Shown: positions 57,423 through 64,000 of the stretch, one piece after another | Numbering within the stretch: position 1 is the stretch's first letter | How the letters are laid out: every line of letters begins with the position of its first letter | Assembly (NCBI GenBank): GCA_964016885.1 | Contig: OZ024741.1 | Coordinates: 68,572,001-68,636,000, forward strand | Direction of reading: 5' to 3' | Length of the DNA: 64,000 nt | Source of the DNA: Eledone cirrhosa | Lineage: Eukaryota | The notes under the pieces: model-generated | What the model saw: the letters and a program-made list of their open reading frames with translations, nothing else | Databases searched by the model: none | Told to the model about the DNA's origin: nothing | Made by a program: the position numbers and the translations under genes

Positions 57423-58686
57423 CAGGGGTTGGACAAAATAATGGAAACACCTAGCATCATAGCATCATAATTTTGAAATATCTATAAAACCGTCAAAAGC
57501 TTGTTTATTTTTTATGTTTTTTGATTTATGTTTTGCTTAATATGTTTTGTTAAAATTGCTGTTTCTTTTCAGATATCATCAGAAAAAGGTAATTAAAATT
57601 CATTAAAATGACAGATGTATTGGACTTTCAAAGAGGTCAAATTGTTGGTGCTCGTATGGCAGGCGCTAGCATAACGAAAACAGCCGAAATGTTTGGTGTA
57701 TCAAGAAGTACTGTCTCGAAAGTAATGACAGCCTTTGAGAAAGAGGGAAAAACCTCCTCGTCGAAACAAAACTCTGGAAGAAAACCAAAACTTTCAGATA
57801 GGGACCGTCGGACTCTTACGCGAATTGTTAGAAAGCATCACAAAAGTACAGCTCTTAAAATTACTGCAGAGCTTAATGACCAGCTCGAGAACCTAGTTTC
57901 CGCAAAAACTGTTCGCCGGGAGCTGCACAAAGCCGGACTTCATGGGAGGGCTGCAATCAGAAAACCACTACTTTCAAAAACAAACGTTGCAAAGCGTTTA
58001 GAGTGGAGTAAAAACCTACAGAATTGGTCCTTAGAGCAATGGAAGAACGTTATTTTCTCGGAGGAGTCATATTTTACCTTATTTCCGACCACCGGCCGAG
58101 TATGTGGAGACAGCCAAAAGAAGCTTTTGACCCAGACTGCCTTCTTCCAACTGTTAAACATAGAGGATGATCTGTGATGATGGGGGGGGGGGGCTATATC
58201 TTGGAAATCCGCCGGCCCAATGGTTTCCCTTCATGGCAGAATTAATAGTCAAGACTATTTAAGCATTTTATCTCATCAAATTCATCCTATGGTTGCGGAA
58301 CTGTTTCCGGGGAGAAACGCAATCTTTCAGGATGATAATGCACCAATTCACACAGCTAAAGTTGTTACTAAATGGCACGAGGAACATTCTAGTGAAGTTG
58401 AACTTCTTATCTGGCCACCACAGTGCCCAGATCTCAATATTATTGAACATTTATGGTGCATTTTAGAAAAACAAGTAAGGAGTCGATAACCTCCACCATC
58501 ATCACTACAAGAACTGGAGACTGTTTTAGCTGAAGAATGGACAAAAATTCCTTTGGAAACAAACTTTGTACGAGTCCATACCTCATAGAATTCAAGCTGT
58601 AATTACTGCCAAAGGCGGTCCTACCCCATGGTAAAATAAATTTGTTTGAAATTTTAAGGTGTTTCCATTATTTTGACCAACCCCTG
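57423..58686 (+). mobile_element. Tc1/mariner transposon, DD36E-type, full length
   Basis: 30-bp TIRs caggggttggacaaaataatggaaacacct / aggtgtttccattattttgaccaacccctg; TA on both flanks. Confidence 0.95.
57608..58640 (+). pseudogene. Tc1 transposase, disrupted
   Basis: HTH region, GRKPKL, WKNVIFSEES (first D replaced by E), FQDDNAPIH, PDLNIIEHLW; frameshift near 58100 and stop at 58487. Confidence 0.9.
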
Positions 58687-61600
58687 TATATATATACAAG
58701 GAGAGAGAAAGAGAGGGAGAGAGTGAGAGAGAGAGTGAAGGAGAGAGAAACTCACACAATCATAGAGGTGTATGTATTTATATGCTTGTGTGTATATATG
58801 TGTGCTTGTGTTTTATATATATATATATATATCAATATCTTCATTTATACACATACATGAATATTCTGTAACATGCTTTCAACTAAATCTAAAACAAGAT
58901 TTAAGTAAACATATTTAGATAAAAGAGTGAAAATAAACAAATTGAAGAATAACAGGCGGAACCATTAGATAAGTGCTTAGTAGTTGACTTAGAATTTCAT
59001 TGTGTCTAATTTGGTCATCATCGGTCGTCGATTAGACGGGAAATTCTGAGTAATAGGTGTTACTTCCAATATCCACGCAAATACGTTAGATAAATTGTCA
59101 ACACCCAGGATAGTGTTTACTTAGGCTCTCGACCTCTCAATGACGCATCAAAATCTTCCCCAATAAACATTTTCCAATTTTCTTTTAAAAACGGGAAGCA
59201 TGAGCATTTCTCAATCATTCTATTTACATAACAATATTGTTAAGTTTTTTAAGCAATCCCATTAGTTAGTAAGTATAAACTACATTAGTTAGTAAACATA
59301 AACCACATTTTGTTGTGGAGATTCTGTGCAGTCGTGCAACTTGTTTATTGTAGCAGTAAAAAATCTGTTACGATTTAAAGCTGCTACATTACAATAAAAG
59401 TCAATACCATCATTTTAAGGTGTTTGATGTTTGTTTTGTGTTTGACTGTCAACTGTTATATTCACAAAGAAAACTAATATAAGAAAACAATTGCTAGGGT
59501 TTTAGTAGTTTTAATTTGGTGCTTGTGATGCAGTCTGTGTCGGTGTCTGTTTTGCTTTGTCAACAAAATCTCCATACTGTTTACAGCATGTCCCCGATAT
59601 CGGAATGGCTAAATGTCAGCAGAAGGGCTCCCAGGAGTCATGACCTGGATGCGGCTCGGCCCCCTTAGAGTGTAACAAGTTAAGAGCCGAAACACTCGCT
59701 TGAGGAGAAGGAGGTTCTTCTTTGAATACCTTCTGTTGTTCAGCTCTCCTGAGAGTTTATTACCACTTCTGCTGTTGTGAGCAGTGCTGCAAGCGATGCT
59801 ATTTAAATAGAAGTAGCTAATCTTAAATACCAGAAGCTCTTTACTCCCATAACGTTAAGTTTATCTCCCCATGTCTAGATACCCTATCAATTGACTCCTG
59901 GGATGATCCTTCTCCCTAAAGGCTGTGGTCTATAGAGCCATCTTCACCCGCCAGATAAATAGCCAATGAATTTAAGGGCAAATTAACCCAAAATATGAAC
60001 ATTTTTAGATGAAAGAACAAGGAAAATTCCACCTCCATGTTACGTTTATCCCGAATATTGAATGGAACGTCTTGGACAGAACACACCCTTACCGCCATTG
60101 GGATCGCGACTGCCAATTTTGCGTCCGTAAAATTTTCTCACAGCGTCATGTGTTACCCATTAACAGGCAAACTGACATAGCGTTTTGTCGCAACTGGAGG
60201 GCCACCCTGTTAACGAATTTCAAACCCTCTGGCCATCATGTATTCTATGCTGGATGGTCATAGCTAGGACATCTTTAATCATGGGTTCGATCAATCAGAG
60301 CCCACATCAATAAAAGCTACGAGAATATAACACGACAAGGATTTTATGACGCATAGCTTCACAAATGCTGAACAAATGCACACATAAAGAGACATTCATC
60401 CATAGATGCAAAACAGCACATAATTGAAAGTCAAAATGTTATTTTTCATAATATAATTTTTTCTTTCTTAATATGAAATTAGTTATTGATTTTCAATAAA
60501 GATGCATTTACAAAACAAAAACAAAAATCGTGATATGTTTGACGAATAGAAACCCATAGACATAAAATAGAAACTTTTCGAGTTTAGTCATCAGTCGTCA
60601 AAGAATATCGCAGTCTATATAAAAAGGATGTAATTATAATTATTTAGGATTCACTACCGCAATACGATACCAAGTCGAAGACATGATGCACCGAAGTTTA
60701 AGAAAAGCAAGGAGAGACACACATATATACTCAAACATAGACACCGCATTATATAAACAAAAACAGAAACATGGACACACAGAAAGAAATTCGTACACAC
60801 TCGTACATACATACAGATATATAGACATAGTATAAGAATATTTTTCAGCCTCATAAATCATAAAGACGGGGAATTGAGCGATCACAGCTCCGATACTGTG
60901 GGCATGTGGATATAATCATATTAACCACTTATACCCTTATTTCCATGCAGTTTACCTTCTTCGCATATGTTTCTCATATATATCTCCTATCTCATTTTAC
61001 ATATGTATCTCATATCTCATTTTATATCTATGTATTTCATGTATTTTTTGTATTTTTTGTGTATGTTATACCTTGCATTTTTGTTTTGTTCCATGTGATA
61101 GAGATATTAACTATGTATTTGCCTAACAACTACGCTTCATACTGTAATCTACCCCCCATTCTACTGTACGGTACTATCGTTCAATATGTAGATAATATAC
61201 CTGTAATATTGATCCCACTTTCAAAACTTCTTACTATAACTTAAACATCTCCCTATTTATTAATTATCATATGTAAATATATAGTTTTTACTTACTTCAA
61301 TCTAGATTCTAACTTGTAATTTTTTTTAATTTTTGATTTTTGATTTTTAATTTTTAGTTTTAATCTCCAACTCTCATTCATAATTTCCACTGAGAAACCA
61401 TAATACCTAGAAATACGTATATATTCTCTTAGTGGTTGATGGTCAATTCTACTGTCTATGCTTAATTTAGGGGTAGTAGTGGGACCTATTGATACTCATA
61501 CTCTCCCACCCCCACTAACTTTCGGCCGACTGCCACTAACAGGGTGGCTAGCAGTAAGCTGTAACCGTGTCATATTACAGGCCTGGATGGGTCATTGTTT

Positions 61601-62132
61601 GGTTAGAGGGGGACCTGCCTAGGCGAGTTTCGTAGAACTCTGCGGTAGTTGATGGTCAACTTCCTTCGGACTTGCGCCTGCGCAGACCGGTGGGGGTGAA
61701 TTGGCACTCACAAGGGAACGGACGAAGAACTCAAGAGCACACTCTTTGTCCGTTCCCATGTCGATTCAATTTGGATTGCCTCGGAAACATAACCTTATTA
61801 TGTAACAAGCTGTCTGACGATGTCATGGCACTGGGCGCACCGAACAGTGTGGCCACTGTTGTCATTGATATATGTATCACAGCATTATTATTAAAGGACT
61901 TTAACATCTGAAACTACTTCGCTTTCTTATTCTATATATATATATACATATACAGAGATATCCACGGTAAGTTGTGGGGTCTAGTCTGCATGAAGAACTC
62001 AATGTAATCCATATGTTGAAAATGTTGTAGGTTAAAATAAATCCTGGAAAACAATAAAACATCAAAAGGAAAACAGAGGTCATGATATAAGTTAAAACAA
62101 TGAAATAAAAATTGAAGTCATTAGAAATATAC

Positions 62133-62278
62133 TTCACTGCTTTACAATCGTTTCTAGGTGATAATAATACATCGTGCGCATATTTCGTTATTGATCTATG
62201 TAGGGCTAGTTACAAAATATCAAATAAGGAATATATTTACCTACATGTATATCATCAGCCGTTGTCAAAAGCAATGAA
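62133..62278 (-). ncRNA. Degenerate long-stem-II hammerhead, related to 55930-56084
   Basis: ttcattgctt-TTGACAA-cgg..ccta-GAAA-cgattg-TA-aagcagtgaa; flank shares atgaagaactcaatgta with 55635. Confidence 0.55.
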
Positions 62279-62711
62279 AATTTTATTCAAAATCAATAGT
62301 AAATTGAGTTCTATGACCTTATTTGGAGGTAGCTGAAGAACAAACCAATCAAATGGTTTTTTGCCATATGATGTTAAGATGAAATATAACACACTTTAGT
62401 TGAGGTCACGACCCTTTGAAAGGAATGGTTGAATGGTGTTAAAAATAGAATTACTATAAAGAACCTATGAATATAAAGGAACTGTTATATTGATAGTGGA
62501 ATGTAGATGGTGCAGTGAAGTTTAAAAAGGAATGTAAAAATTAAATGCTGAGTTGTGTTGTATGGAATTTTTAGGTGAATATAAATAAGTAAATATAAAA
62601 TATACAGAAATAACTAGGATAAATATAGATAGGTAAAATAATGGTCATAACTAGGAAGGATAGTACATTAAAAGATGAAAATTATAATAAGATAATAAAA
62701 TGTAATAATAT

Positions 62712-62892
62712 AATATAATTGTTTCTACTTTAGGCACAAGGCCAGCAATTACCCAGGGCATTACTGGTACTTTATTTTATCGACCCCGTAAGGATGAAAG
62801 GCAAAGTCAACCTCGGCGGGATTTGAACTCAGATCGAAAAGGGACGTAACTATGCTGGAAAGCATGGCGACCGACCCTCTACCGATACTGCC
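62712..62892 (-). mobile_element. tRNA-derived SINE
   Basis: Consensus match. Confidence 0.9.
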
Positions 62893-62998
62893 GGTTTAGT
62901 CGCCGACGAACCAACCATGTGTTGTACTGGGTTACATGTTACCAGTAGCACTCAAGAGTGACTCGACATACATACATGCATATATACATACATATATA

Positions 62999-64000
62999 CA
63001 ACTATCCAACATTGGTGTCACTGGAAATTTGCTGCTGTGGATCAAGTGTTTCCTGTCAAACAGAACCCAACATGTTGTAGTCGAAAGAGTAAAATCCAGC
63101 GCAGCCAAAGTCAGTAGTGGTGTTCCCACTTCTTTTCATTATCTATATTAATGACATTACTGACATCATGAAGCACAGCAGCATGAACATCTTCGCAGAT
63201 GTCTATTATCCAATGGGCGGAAAAGAACAATATACTGCTGAACGAGGATAAATTTGAGTTAATCCACTTTGGAAAAGAGGATGCCCTGAAACTCCCATAC
63301 TCCCTTCCTTCAGGTGAAACTCTCATGGCATCCAACAACATCAGAGACTTGGGGGTAATTGTGGAAAACAACATAAGCTAGGCCACTCATATAAGCAGTT
63401 GACATGGCCCGCAGAATGTGTTACTGGATTCTAGTCGAGAGATATCCACACTATTATTCTTCTCTTCCCGACCACACCTTGAATACTGTTGTTCACTGTG
63501 ATCTCCCCACATGAAACAAAGTATCATGAAAATTGAAACTCCTCAAAGGTCAATCACGAAAAAAATAGATGGCATGACAGCCCTTGACTATTGGGGTCGA
63601 CTAGAAAAACTCAAACTTTATTCTCTCCAACGCCGCAGTGAGCGCTACATTATCTGCACGATGTGGAAAATATTCCATCAACATTGCCGAAATGATGTTG
63701 GCATCATCTGTAAACTACACACAAGACTTGGGTGCCGTGCTATCCGCCCACAACAAAAAACACACTCGCATCTCATAACAACAATACGGCACAATTATTT
63801 CACCTCAATTGACCCCGCTCCCTTTAACATTACACCAAAACACATTAAAAGAGATACAGACACTGTAAAGTTCAAGAAATTCTGGATAAACCTCCTACAC
63901 CCGCATATGTCTCTGTAATCAATAACTCTCTACTTGAGGGGGGGGGGGGGGCATAGTGTCCAAATCCTGATCTGAAAGACTTCGCAATGTGGTGCTATTA
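62999..64000 (+). pseudogene. Decayed CR1-like LINE RT and 3' end
   Basis: GVTGNLLLWIKCFLSNRTQHV..SGVP; YINDI..IFAD; WAEKNNILLNEDKF; IRDLGVIV; DYWGRLEKLKLYSLQRR. Confidence 0.85.

Noticed and set aside
58988-59052. Imperfect hairpin, possibly SECIS or pre-miRNA
   Set aside because: No associated ORF, no clear quartet motif, and no second copy
60570-60600. Hammerhead at ctgatga (- strand)
   Set aside because: No consistent stem I/II arrangement with GAAA and NUH

Overview
Gene-poor, AT-rich, microsatellite-saturated animal DNA. The SINE families and (TA)n/(CA)n load suggest a cephalopod such as Octopus (inference). I found no host protein-coding exon, and most ORFs in the track are microsatellite artefacts. 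Contents: (1) at least four families of Penelope-like elements (PLEs), including a 5'-truncated RT+GIY-YIG copy with an apparently identical 1.4-kb inverted duplication (15521-19520); (2) an apparently intact RTE LINE (42032-45356) plus decayed RTE, CR1-like and CRE-like fragments; (3) a Tc1 element with DD36E spacing (57423-58686); (4) non-autonomous Helitrons, a ~195-bp MITE family and about 20 tRNA-derived SINEs; (5) a 5.7-kb 41-bp GT-rich satellite; (6) a 200-N gap. The most interesting signal is a set of short fold-back (tail-out palindromic) elements in or beside (TA)n tracts. Several carry type I hammerhead ribozymes, with canonical, long-stem-II or variant cores. Also notable are short hairpins at LINE/PLE 5' junctions and a circularly permuted 271-bp tRNA-containing unit with a 14-bp TSD. 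All alignments and folds were done by eye, so boundaries are approximate.
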